A stretch of DNA of 64,000 nucleotides from an uncultured Nitrososphaerota archaeon (GCA_964618805.1 CAZUBM010000007.1:30183-94182), one strand, 5' to 3'; positions 20,101 through 28,658 are shown, counted from the stretch's first letter. Translations and numbers: made by a program. Notes: a model not told the origin generated them from the sequence alone.

Positions 20101-20242
20101 GCCCAAGGGGGATTGTACGCTATATTTTGTGGGCTGTAAGCTTATTTGGAACGGTTTTCTGATAGGCTTAGCGTTGATGATGGCCAGCGTGTCGAGCATT
20201 ATGATCTTTAAGAAAACTGAGTTGATGTGGAGGGAGACTTAG
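17177..20242 (+). CDS. large GT-C-like membrane protein (AftD/DUF3367-like architecture) with extracellular beta-sandwich domains
   Basis: YLLNPW, FIFRELNKF, SGDFGG, LGLLGARYII, FLETYEPGW, YANLY motifs; terminal TM helix. Confidence 0.6.
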   Translation: MEGEKSRENESMRLKESNIVELLAYLSISLFCLRKLFDDGVFAVQDLSPIYKFEQLYRPMEFPWDHYSNTGVPNVLIGNLLYNLPLMALSKALGSVITAHKIYFVILLTLGAYGQRLVFQRLYRRGGFISGLVYLLNPWTVYRISRGHNLIIMGSALLPFAFISFLSFEKKYRVSRALLSGFLSSLLLLISPHMGYIFFIILFVYGLAKFLNSGLALRNLLKQLVLLCQTGFLALSFGMPVLILAIKGIGSNVTVVRLEETLFYSLSIDLLKERWPYLVIGLGIMLSLFIFVGLVRELLFSILLVFVGMMLSFGGVWPISLLIELFYKHLPGFFIFRELNKFLYMALFGGSLLFEVLILGLKDFTESIIGKRGLLGLKFKKLTGFVFIALALFILIIPDKDMISGDFGGSVKTVKLPSHLKELDRWLRSEKGEYRVAFFPPACWAARYDWSERWFLDPMVSLQAKPTIEIRSEMDITPSNNFVKWVYMALYFNRTNRIGRLLGLLGARYIIYRPDVDMPDERVDLRHLGKEQTIPIFRRKNDLLLIKRIGEYEIYLNKHALPLIVEGFRPVLVVEDRKALISLSHLDLNFSENVCLFLDNLYDYADLEELVKGCRYVIINPKKWIDLQLALSEDKLVIKPWEFVEMSTDASNKWIRGDFSWYLYGGTLNVAPDDYVMTNKSDNSLSLPFTIPRGGNFTLFVQTFTTSSESFGKIYVKIDDYPQESIQIRVSGEIGGYYRWVKVGSFHLTKGKHYVKFRSSEGAASISKIVLLPESEFNKSITIDLSSLPSIALLMDDDFWDVEVPDGFAESPEFSNGRAVYLLNKTVYGSFYIPRGGEYTLVLRAYAREESLIKVYLDDLEYDVVMEKEKQVKIRSLSIEKGTHRIGIKSNHFCLLDLALLVEGAEAPLLGRSEEKPIALNPIHSNRHCSCNLSVNSSHLLFLETYEPGWRLICEKEMEPIQAFSYANLYSIKEMPKGDCTLYFVGCKLIWNGFLIGLALMMASVSSIMIFKKTELMWRET

Positions 20243-21426
20243 GAGTGAGGATTCTCATAGTTCAACCACACATTTTTCCTGGTGGTGCTGAAAAGGCTGT
20301 TGTCTACCTATCGCACCATCTCAGGAGGATGGGAGATCGCGTTTCAGTGGCTACACTATCGGTGGAAGTTCAAGGCCTTCCCCCAATAGCCAAGGAAGTC
20401 AATTACATAACTCCAAAGGAGCAAATCTATCCAAAAAGTGGATTTTTCAAGAACTCTCTCGATGTCATAAAGACGTTTCTGCTTGAAACAAGGAAATTAC
20501 GTGAAGTTATATCAGATAACGCTGACAACTATGATGTGATAAATCCTCACATATTTCCCTCCTATTGGGCTACGGCTGGAATAAATCCAGTTGTTTGGAC
20601 ATGTAATGAGGTTTTAGGGCCTTATGATAAAACCAGGAAGCTTTATGGTTCTTCTTTAACCTTCAAATTCTTTTTCGAGCTCGTTAAGGAAGTCGATTCC
20701 TTCATAGTTTCACACTTCATCCATCAAATCCTTACGAATTCCCCCTTCAATAACAAGCTAATTGAGAGAAGGTATGGAATGAGGCCCATATTGGCTCTTC
20801 CGGGCGTTGATCTAGAATTCTTCCAGGAAGATGTGCCTGATGCCAAGGAAAGGATCGGTTTAGGCGATAAATTAGTATTGTTACAAGTAGGAGCTTTGTT
20901 GGAGAGGAAGAGACATGATTTAGGGATTAAAGTTCTAAGGAAGCTGAAGTCTGAGATCCCTCACGCTTGTCTGCTCATAGTTGGGAGTGGTCCGCTAAAG
21001 AAGGAGCTAAGGGAAGAAGCCATAAGGCTTGGAGTTAGTTCTGATGTGAGGATCTTCAGCAATATAGCAGAAAATGAGCTTAGACTTGCTTATAAGGCAA
21101 GTGATGTGCTCCTCTTTCCGGTAGTAGATCAAACATTTGGCCTTGTTCCCTTTGAAGCCTTAGCTTCTGGTACACCAGTTGTGGTCTCTAAGAACGCTGG
21201 TTGTGCCAAAATAATAGGGAGAGAGTCGTTGGGAATAGTCGTTAAACCCAATGTAGAGGAGTTCTATGAAGCAGTTCTCTCGATCATAAGGGGTAAAAAT
21301 AACGTTGAAGACATGTTGTTAATGGCTAAGAGCTACATTAAGAAAAATTTGACTTGGGAGAAATTTGCTGAGGTTCACAGAATGGCTTTTGCTAAGGTTT
21401 GTGAATTGAAGCAGAATGGTGTTTAG
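20227..21426 (+). CDS. GT4 glycosyltransferase (ALG2-like)
   Basis: HIFPGGAEK, LTNS, QTFGLVPFEALASGTPVV motifs. Confidence 0.9.
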   Translation: MEGDLGVRILIVQPHIFPGGAEKAVVYLSHHLRRMGDRVSVATLSVEVQGLPPIAKEVNYITPKEQIYPKSGFFKNSLDVIKTFLLETRKLREVISDNADNYDVINPHIFPSYWATAGINPVVWTCNEVLGPYDKTRKLYGSSLTFKFFFELVKEVDSFIVSHFIHQILTNSPFNNKLIERRYGMRPILALPGVDLEFFQEDVPDAKERIGLGDKLVLLQVGALLERKRHDLGIKVLRKLKSEIPHACLLIVGSGPLKKELREEAIRLGVSSDVRIFSNIAENELRLAYKASDVLLFPVVDQTFGLVPFEALASGTPVVVSKNAGCAKIIGRESLGIVVKPNVEEFYEAVLSIIRGKNNVEDMLLMAKSYIKKNLTWEKFAEVHRMAFAKVCELKQNGV

Positions 21427-23290
21427 CATGAAGATCGCATTTAGGAGGATCCTCTCTGTAATCTTGCTTATAATATCGAGCTCAGGCTTTTTAATTCCTG
21501 GTAAAATAGCATTTTTCCTCGAAAAAGGAACGGAGAACGTTTATGTTATAGCAATCCTGCACTACGATTCTTATTTCGATAAGGAACCATTAGATACATT
21601 AGAAGATGCCCTCAAATTCCTGAAATCTATAGATTTCCCCCTAGAGAAGCTTGCAATAACTGTTTGGAGGGATATCCTGGAGGGAGATAGTAAGTTCTAT
21701 AAGTTCAAAGATTTGCTTGACTCCTACAACTTTCCCTTTGACAGAGAGCACATTGGCGTCTTTCTTCCTTCTGAAGACGCAAACGATAGGTTCATAGTAA
21801 CTTTAGCGATGGAAGATTATAAAAGCAGGTTTGGCGAATATCCTTCTTTCGTTTCAGGTTTTGCTGCAAGTAACGACACTTATTTTTGGCTTCAGATGTT
21901 TGGGGTCAAAGTTACGTTCTTTAATGCTTGGGAGGATGGACAGGATTACAGTTATAGGGGGTTAAGTTGTCCAGATAAGATGAAAGGAGCCAATTGGGAA
22001 GGATCCCCCTTTCAACCATATAAACCAAGCATTAGATCCGCTAATGCCCCAGGAATTCACCTGGGAGATGAAGTAGACATTTGGGAATGTCTCTGGGTCT
22101 TTAGAAATCCTTCATACGCATACTTGAGGTCAAACTATGCTGGCTGGGGTAGCATTCACCCAGGGGATCTTTTGATAAAGTCAGGAGACGTCTTCGAACC
22201 GGTTTCCGTCGAAGAAGCTATGAATAGGCTCGATAACATACTAAATCTCGTGGATCAAAACGCAAAGTACAATAAATTCCTTGTTCTCAGCTATATTACT
22301 GAAGTCTATGCGATGAAGAGTTTTCCAAGACGCTTTGAAGTATGGAAGAGGTCAATACTTGAGTTCCTTGAGAGAGGATACAGCTTCTTAAGCCCTCTTG
22401 AGCTTCGCAAAAAGCTAGACTCAAGCCCAGAGCCGTTATCATATGTGTGGGTGGATAATTCAACGCTTTCAGATTGTGTTCGACCGAATATCGAGCTTCC
22501 TTTCGCTATGGTGGTAAGCCCATACGGTAGGTTCATATTTTGTAGAAAGGATCTCGAAAAGGATCCATACACTCCTCACTTGTCTTTGGTAAGTTATGTA
22601 TCAGCTAGAGCTCACAATAGGACGTTTCAGAGCATAAGAGAGGCAATAGGTGGAGAGCTTATGAAGCTTAACGTGATGGTTAACGGAACACCCATATTCA
22701 TGAGATGGGAAAGAGATATAACTAGGATAGAAGTGTCACATGGCTGCGTTATGATAGAGTTCAATTACACCAAAAAAGAGGTCCCATTCTTGGACTTTTT
22801 GAGCAGAATCTATCTAACCCCGTATGGTATTTATGTGGCTGATCAGATTAAATTCAAATCAAAAGCCTACGTGGACGTTAACTTTGTACAATACGTTACT
22901 ATGGGAAATAATAGCCCTACGTCTTCGTGTGATGATGGCCTTCTAGTATTGGATGACCATCTCAAGCGATATATCTTCTCTGGAAACAACGAGGAAGTCA
23001 TAGGCACAGTCTTTGAGGGAAATCTTCTTCTCTTCAAAGCAAAGGATGGATACTCCTTCGGTTTAAGAGCTTTAAGTCGCCCGGAGAGGATCGTGGTTTA
23101 CGATGAAATTGGGGCGTGTAAATGGGAAACTGTTTCGTACTACTATGAGCACAAAACTTACTTCCAAGGAGAAGAGCTTAACTTCTCTTACCTAATAGTC
23201 CCAGCAGACTCCGTAGGTCAAGTTCTCCTGATGTCTGACGAGCTTCTTAAATTCCTAGAGATAACTGTAGACATCAGACATGAGGGTTAG
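21416..23290 (+). CDS. secreted/membrane-anchored protein, possible carbohydrate-active (deacetylase/GH57-like barrel) domain; probably 3'-truncated
   Basis: N-terminal hydrophobic signal; WEGSPFQPYKPS motif; the frame stays open for 41 codons beyond the TAG. Confidence 0.55.
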   Translation: MVFSMKIAFRRILSVILLIISSSGFLIPGKIAFFLEKGTENVYVIAILHYDSYFDKEPLDTLEDALKFLKSIDFPLEKLAITVWRDILEGDSKFYKFKDLLDSYNFPFDREHIGVFLPSEDANDRFIVTLAMEDYKSRFGEYPSFVSGFAASNDTYFWLQMFGVKVTFFNAWEDGQDYSYRGLSCPDKMKGANWEGSPFQPYKPSIRSANAPGIHLGDEVDIWECLWVFRNPSYAYLRSNYAGWGSIHPGDLLIKSGDVFEPVSVEEAMNRLDNILNLVDQNAKYNKFLVLSYITEVYAMKSFPRRFEVWKRSILEFLERGYSFLSPLELRKKLDSSPEPLSYVWVDNSTLSDCVRPNIELPFAMVVSPYGRFIFCRKDLEKDPYTPHLSLVSYVSARAHNRTFQSIREAIGGELMKLNVMVNGTPIFMRWERDITRIEVSHGCVMIEFNYTKKEVPFLDFLSRIYLTPYGIYVADQIKFKSKAYVDVNFVQYVTMGNNSPTSSCDDGLLVLDDHLKRYIFSGNNEEVIGTVFEGNLLLFKAKDGYSFGLRALSRPERIVVYDEIGACKWETVSYYYEHKTYFQGEELNFSYLIVPADSVGQVLLMSDELLKFLEITVDIRHEG

Positions 23291-23826
23291 GCAAACTTCA
23301 GTAGCATACCAGTTGTAACAGTAATCGAGATATCTGGTGACGGTAGAAGCGAGAGCGAGAGTGTATTACCTGAAATTACTGCAGGAAAAACAGGATTCCT
23401 CTTAAGATTGACTTAACGGAAGAAATGGCGAGAACCCTTCTTCTGGAAGACCGAGATCTGAGAATTACTGTAGAGACACCTGTGATTAACGTATCAAGGG
23501 ATATAAGGTGGAGAGCTCTCATCAGAAACTTAAGAGTTGAGAGAGCAGGATTTGTTACCTATGGAGCATATTCTCGTGTAGACTTCAGAATTTCTTTCGA
23601 AAATATTGGATTGTGCAACTTGGATACGAAGTTTGTGGTTTCTCTTCTGGACAAGAGTAAAAAAGAGCTTGCAAAAAGGGAATTGGATGTTTTTGTCTCA
23701 AGAGGAAGCTCTTACTCTGAAACAGTGAGTTTTACAATTCCTAGCTATAAAGCAGCTCAAATAGCTTACTTTTGCATAGATATCTCGGATCCTGCAATAG
23801 TTCGCTTTGGGATCCCTTTGGGGTGA
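23291..23826 (+). pseudogene. detached C-terminal beta-rich (CARDB-like) part of the upstream gene; includes ORF 23425-23826
   Basis: in-frame continuation after TAG 23288-23290 and a one-base frameshift in the A run at 23386-23390 join it to the 23425 ORF (ISFENIG motif). Confidence 0.5.
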
Positions 23827-23830
23827 TTTA

Positions 23831-24273
23831 ATGAATAGAGAACTTGCTGTCAGGGGTCTAATTAGAGGCACAGCGACTTTCTTGACTATGTCCCTAGCAT
23901 CTTGCTCTTAACGAGGATAATAAGAGACCTGCACCCTGATTTAGAGGTTTTTACGAACATAAGAATGGTAGCAGCAATTGGGTTCCTTATAGCTTTATTC
24001 CTCTCTATTAGGGAGATTAAGAGGGAAGAAGATCTAGGTTTTGTGTTCGGAATTCTTGGAACGATGCTTTCTATGCCCTACGTAATAATTTTGTTTTCTG
24101 GACCGACTGGTTTGGGATTTGTTCGCATTTCCTACAATAAGATAACTCTCGTACTAAATCTTAGGAAGTATGTTTTCCTCTTACTTATCTCTCTAAGCAT
24201 TGGAGCGCTCATTGAGCTGATAAAAAGCTTGAGCGCGCGCTTAAAGAAAACCAGCGATATTGCAAGTAAGTGA
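23831..24273 (+). pseudogene. small membrane protein with a frameshift near 23900
   Basis: ATG 23831 with GGTGA RBS reads MNRELAVRGLIRGTATFLTMSLA; a one-base shift continues as LLLTRIIRD (ORF 23902-24273). Confidence 0.55.
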
Positions 24274-24386
24274 AGAAAGGATTTAAGAACTTATTCTAAC
24301 CCTCTCGCTTTACTTAACTTCTCCATAATCTAGATGAATGTTCTCAAGAAATGTTGCCATGAAAGATGGCGGTTGTTTTCTGGCAA

Positions 24387-24596
24387 TTATAGATATCCTA
24401 GCGAACGCAACCTCCTCTTTATCTCCTCTTCTTCCTCTGGTGTATATACGCTCTCTTGTTCCTCTTCAGAGAGCACTTCCTTTAGTACGAATTTGATGAA
24501 TTCTCCAACGCTCTTGAACTCTCCGCTTTCAACGTATTCCTTCTTAATCTTATCATAAAGTTCCCTGGGTATTTCAACAGAGATCTTTTCAACCAT
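24387..24596 (-). CDS. CopG/ribbon-helix-helix protein with C-terminal EEEEEIKRRLRSLGYL tail
   Basis: ISVEIPRELYDKIK...FKSVGEFIKFVLKE RHH pattern; TATA-like TTTTAAG upstream on the minus strand. Confidence 0.85.
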   Translation of the reverse strand: MVEKISVEIPRELYDKIKKEYVESGEFKSVGEFIKFVLKEVLSEEEQESVYTPEEEEEIKRRLRSLGYL

Positions 24597-24930
24597 AGGA
24601 ATCTGCCCTCTCTCGGCAACGAAGACTTAAAAATTTGATTAGGTTATACTATGTCATTTTTGTGATCTTGATTTTCTATGCTTCTCGTTCGAGAGACTAG
24701 AGATTTTGACTTGTTTATAGAACTCTTCTTTGCAGGAAGGCTTTATAAGAAGCTCATTTCAATTATTCTGATCCAGGAAAGTCATCCTTATTAAATCTCT
24801 TTTCTCAAGGCTTACATAGCAAAGAGAAAGAGATTCATAATAATCGTTTGAAACTAAAAATAGGGCATGTTGAGAGTTCTTTTAAGTTAATTAATACCGC
24901 AAAACAAAATAATAGGAGAAAGAAGGGAAA

Positions 24931-25260
24931 TCAGCCTTCTTTCATGATTGCAACCTTGTACTTCATATAAGTTGCTTTGAAGCCTATGAATAGTGTGAAG
25001 ATAGATGGGCTTACAGTTATTGGTGCAAGCCTTATCCCCTAGGGGTGGAGTGTAATTGAGCAAAAGGTCCTATTAATGGGACTATTGCCAGGCTCAGCCC
25101 AAATTCAAAGCAAGCCTCTCCATCCCTCTCAGCCCCTTCTTTTAAAAAAAAGCTTCTACACTCACAGAACCCGGTAGGTAAAGGACGAATAAGGAGCCAA
25201 GCATCCATCTGATCACCATCCAAGGAAGGAGATAGGTAGGAGCCGTGAGAGGAAAGAACC
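24931..25260 (-). pseudogene. DUF1616-family membrane protein remnant
   Basis: fragments in different frames: IRWMLGSLFVLYLPG, MERLALN, GLSLAIVPLIG, LLNYTP, GIRLAPITVS; one in-frame stop and several frameshifts. Confidence 0.7.
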
Positions 25261-25451
25261 AAGTTGATCTTCAAACTATGGACGTACAGCCAAGAGCACG
25301 ATTATTTCGTGTTTAGGTGGTTATTCAGGAGATGAGAAGAGGCCGTTGGCTACAGATCTGGTTTAACGCCACTGTGCCGAATGATTTCCGAAAGATTTCG
25401 TGAAGAGATTCCATGCTAACCTTTTTGAATCCTATCAGGATGTGTCTTCTA

Positions 25452-25868
25452 ATGCTTGATGAAACCGAGTACGCCAGATGGATCAAAGCATCTAAGGGGA
25501 CATTGAGATCAGCAAGAGGGGACTTGGATAGAGGAGACTACAACTGGACCTGTTTTAAAGCTCAACAGGCCGCTGAATTCGCAGTCAAAGCTCTTTTACA
25601 CGGACTAGGACTGCCAGCTTATGGACATAGCATCTCAGGTCTTTTAACTAGAGTCCCAGAGGATCTAGCAGTTCAGGATGAAGTGATTCAGGACGCCAAG
25701 ACCCTAGATAAATATTACGTCCCTACCAGATACCCTAATGCTTGGGCAGAGGGAATTCCAGAAGAATATTACACAAAAAGGGATGCTGAAAGCGCGATTA
25801 GATGCGCAGAGGAAGTTATTGGGTGGGTTGAAGCATCATGGAGGTCATTGAAAGGAGGAAGAGGTTGA
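25452..25868 (+). CDS. HEPN domain protein of a HEPN-MNT module
   Basis: YNWTCFKAQQAAEFAVKA, YGHS, LDKYYVPTRYPN; ORF track start 25413. Confidence 0.9.
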   Translation: MLDETEYARWIKASKGTLRSARGDLDRGDYNWTCFKAQQAAEFAVKALLHGLGLPAYGHSISGLLTRVPEDLAVQDEVIQDAKTLDKYYVPTRYPNAWAEGIPEEYYTKRDAESAIRCAEEVIGWVEASWRSLKGGRG

Positions 25869-26179
25869 GGGAAAAGATCATTGAGGATGCCTCTGTTTGG
25901 GCTAGGAAACTTTCCCTTAGGACTACCGCGGTTCTAATTGGATCCTATGCTAGGGGGGATTTCAACCTCTGGAGCGATGTTGATGTGCTGTTAATCTCTG
26001 ATGATTTCAGAGGAGGACCTGTTGAGAGACTCAATTCGCTGGAGATACCTCCTGGATTTCAGGTAATACCCCTGACTTCTAAGGAATTTAGGAGGCTCTT
26101 GAAAAGGAAGGACATTTTGGCCGTGGAAGCGGTTAAGTATGGGATAGTCCTGAGAGATGATCTAGGGATGATGTCCTAA
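25838..26179 (+). CDS. minimal nucleotidyltransferase (MNT)
   Basis: LIGSYARGDFNLWSDVDVLL (GS-x-DxD); overlaps the HEPN gene. Confidence 0.9.
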   Translation: MEVIERRKRLREKIIEDASVWARKLSLRTTAVLIGSYARGDFNLWSDVDVLLISDDFRGGPVERLNSLEIPPGFQVIPLTSKEFRRLLKRKDILAVEAVKYGIVLRDDLGMMS

Positions 26180-26230
26180 TTAGTTCGTTTTGCTCCACTT
26201 ATTGCTCTGAAAAGGCTCCTTTCTCCAAGC

Positions 26231-27928
26231 ATGAGAAGAAGGGCTTCATCTCCATCTATTTTCGTAAAAACTTTAAGTAGGGAACCTAGATTAAGCTTGT
26301 TGAGTCCTCCTAGTTACACATATGCTGCTGTAGTTGTCATAGTAGATGGATGTACGGTTGAGTGTCTGGCTAAGGCTAAAACCCCTTTCCTAGACAGCCT
26401 GATTGAAAAGGGATCTCACAGCTTTTCCTGCAAGTCCATATATCCTACAGTCACTTACGCAGCTCACAGCTCCATACTCACTGGAGTTAGGCCTGACGCT
26501 CATGGAATTGTAGGAAACGCCTTCTACGACAGAGAATTGGGCAGGATCTTTGACCTAGATGAGTACGACGTTAACTCCCTGCTCCTATCAAAGACCATGT
26601 TTGAGATAATTGAAGGAGTAAAGGCTGCAGTTGGCGAACCGGTAACAAAAGGAGCCGACATAGTGATCTCAAAGAGCGAAGTGCAGGCTTCAGGCTTGTG
26701 GGAGCAGGATGAATACGCAGTTAACAAGGCAATCGAAGTGATGACGAGGCACAGACCAATCCTCATAGTAATTAACTTGCCTGGAATGGATGCGATATGC
26801 GAGAGGTTTGGTCCTAGAAGTAGAGAGGCAATTATGGCCTTAGAAAATGTCGATAAGTTGATCAAGAGGCTTGAAGATGCCCTTCGTAACACATATTCCG
26901 ACCACTTGCTTGTTATCCTGTCGGATCACGGGTTAACTGAAGTGAGCAAGAACCTCGATCTAAGAGCTTTGATGAAGAATTTGGGCTTAGAAGATGGGGT
27001 CATCATATGTCCCTCTCACAGGTTTGCCCACATTTACATGAAGGATCCTAGGAGGAGGGATGAAGTTAAAGAGCTCCTTAGGTCAGATGAAAGGTTTGAG
27101 CTTGTTTTGGATGCAAAAGAAATGGAGGAAATAGGTCTATCAGGTGTAAGAACTGGAGATCTTGTGGTTTTCGCTGCTAGAGGCTATGAGCTAGGACCTC
27201 AGAGGCTTAAAGGGAGCCATGGAGGGATATCTCCTGAGGAGATGTTAGTTCCCCTAATAGTCAACAAACATGAGTATGTGGACATGATGAAGGATCCTTG
27301 CATAACCGATGTTCCCAAGATAGTTCTAAGGTATCTAAGGGAAAAGGAGGTTGAAGGGATTATAAGGGAGAAGCTCAGGGACGTGGATCCTTCTCACGGT
27401 TGGGAGCACGTTGAGAGGGTTCTGAGCTTGGCCACTAAGCTGGCAATTAAGTATGGGGCTGATGTAGAGGCAGTCAGGCTTTCAGCCCTTCTTCATAACT
27501 CTGAGAGAGGAGAGACGCCAGACATTCACGTTAAGAGGTCTGAGAAGTTTGCAAGAGACCTTCTAAATCGAACGGGCATTTCAACCTCAAAGATGGAAGT
27601 AGTTCTAAGGGCTATAAGGAATCACCACACAGACAAGCCAGAAAGGCTAGAAACATTAGAAGAGAAGATACTGTGGGACGCAGACAAGCTTGATGCACTT
27701 GGCCTTATAGGGCTAGCTAGGTGCCTTCAGGGAGCAGGTTATAAGAGAAAAGGTCTAGAGCATGCCTTAAATCACCTAAGAAGGGACATAGAAATGCTAA
27801 CTGAGACGATGCACTTCCAAGATACGAAGGCAATGGCTCAGGAGAAGCTAAGGAACGTAAAGGAATTCATCGAACTACTTAACAGGGAGATCGAACTTAC
27901 TAAGAAATCGTATTCTTATTCTAGGTAA
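26231..27928 (+). CDS. AlkP-superfamily nucleotide pyrophosphatase/phosphodiesterase fused to a C-terminal HD-family domain
   Basis: VDG, PTVTYAAHSSILTG, SDHG, GSHGG; then SHGWEHVERV, ALLHN, IRNHH, DADKLDALG; start possibly TTG 26297. Confidence 0.85.
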   Translation: MRRRASSPSIFVKTLSREPRLSLLSPPSYTYAAVVVIVDGCTVECLAKAKTPFLDSLIEKGSHSFSCKSIYPTVTYAAHSSILTGVRPDAHGIVGNAFYDRELGRIFDLDEYDVNSLLLSKTMFEIIEGVKAAVGEPVTKGADIVISKSEVQASGLWEQDEYAVNKAIEVMTRHRPILIVINLPGMDAICERFGPRSREAIMALENVDKLIKRLEDALRNTYSDHLLVILSDHGLTEVSKNLDLRALMKNLGLEDGVIICPSHRFAHIYMKDPRRRDEVKELLRSDERFELVLDAKEMEEIGLSGVRTGDLVVFAARGYELGPQRLKGSHGGISPEEMLVPLIVNKHEYVDMMKDPCITDVPKIVLRYLREKEVEGIIREKLRDVDPSHGWEHVERVLSLATKLAIKYGADVEAVRLSALLHNSERGETPDIHVKRSEKFARDLLNRTGISTSKMEVVLRAIRNHHTDKPERLETLEEKILWDADKLDALGLIGLARCLQGAGYKRKGLEHALNHLRRDIEMLTETMHFQDTKAMAQEKLRNVKEFIELLNREIELTKKSYSYSR

Positions 27929-28050
27929 GAATTCGCTAGAGAGAATACAGAAACAAGAGCAGTTCGATAAACGTCTTACTGGACCTTTTTCATGAAGCTA
28001 ATGGGTGAGTTAAAATATGTATCCATTTTATGTGTTCTTGGTGATACATT

Positions 28051-28308
28051 ATGTACAGAATAAGGTTGTTAACGGGCTTTAGGATAACCATTCCAAAGGA
28101 AGTGAGGGAGAGATGGGGCTTAAACGTAGGAGATGAAATGGAAATGAAAGTTGAAGGAGATAAACTCATTATCCGTCCATTAAAGTTGCCAAAGGACCCC
28201 GTTCTCATGATAGCAGGGATAGCAAAAGGAGAAGCTGTCAAGCTAGGAGAGGTCGAGGAAGCCGTTGTAAGGGAAATCGAGGATAAACTCGAGAAAGGAG
28301 TGAAATAG
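28051..28308 (+). CDS. AbrB/MazE/SpoVT-family antitoxin (VapB-type)
   Basis: RITIPKEVRERWGLNVGDEM...GDKLIIRP. Confidence 0.9.
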   Translation: MYRIRLLTGFRITIPKEVRERWGLNVGDEMEMKVEGDKLIIRPLKLPKDPVLMIAGIAKGEAVKLGEVEEAVVREIEDKLEKGVK

Positions 28309-28332
28309 ATGTTTATCGACTCAACAATTTTC
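28309..28332 (+). pseudogene. N-terminal stub of a VapC/PIN toxin (MFIDSTIF)
   Basis: ATG directly after the antitoxin stop; matches the PIN first strand hhDsxhh; ends at the stop of a convergent gene. Confidence 0.6.
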
Positions 28333-28513
28333 AACCATCGCGTTCTACCTCTTTTCTGAAGCATGAAGGACAAAGCAACTTATCCTTCAAAATCTGAAGG
28401 CACTTCCCGCAGTACAGCCTTCCGCACTTTGAGCATATACCTACGCCTACGTTTGGATTAACGGAGTGGCCGCAGCTAAGCGTTACAACCTCTATCTCAA
28501 CCCTTTCCTTCAT
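28331..28513 (-). CDS. small Cys-rich zinc-finger protein (B-box-like)
   Basis: CGH...CSKCGRLYCGKC...CPSC; ATG 28513 overlaps the upstream gene. Confidence 0.7.
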   Translation of the reverse strand: MKERVEIEVVTLSCGHSVNPNVGVGICSKCGRLYCGKCLQILKDKLLCPSCFRKEVERDG

Positions 28514-28658
28514 GCTTAACATCTTCAAACAGGTCTAGTACATGACCGCATCTCTCGCAGAATGCTGTTTTGTTAATCCAGACGATTCCCCAAGCGTCCT
28601 TTCCGTCGTCGCTTCTGTATTCCTTGCATCTCGGACAATAACCTCTCACTTCAACCAA
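28497..28658 (-). CDS. 53-aa zinc-ribbon protein, below the ORF-track cutoff
   Basis: MVEVRGYCPRCKEYRSDDGKDAWGIVWINKTAFCERCGHVLDLFEDVKHEGKG; two CxxC motifs. Confidence 0.7.
   Translation of the reverse strand: MVEVRGYCPRCKEYRSDDGKDAWGIVWINKTAFCERCGHVLDLFEDVKHEGKG

Noticed and set aside
25452-26179. HEPN-MNT pair as a novel defence system
   Set aside because: Very common module in thermophilic archaea; nothing atypical seen
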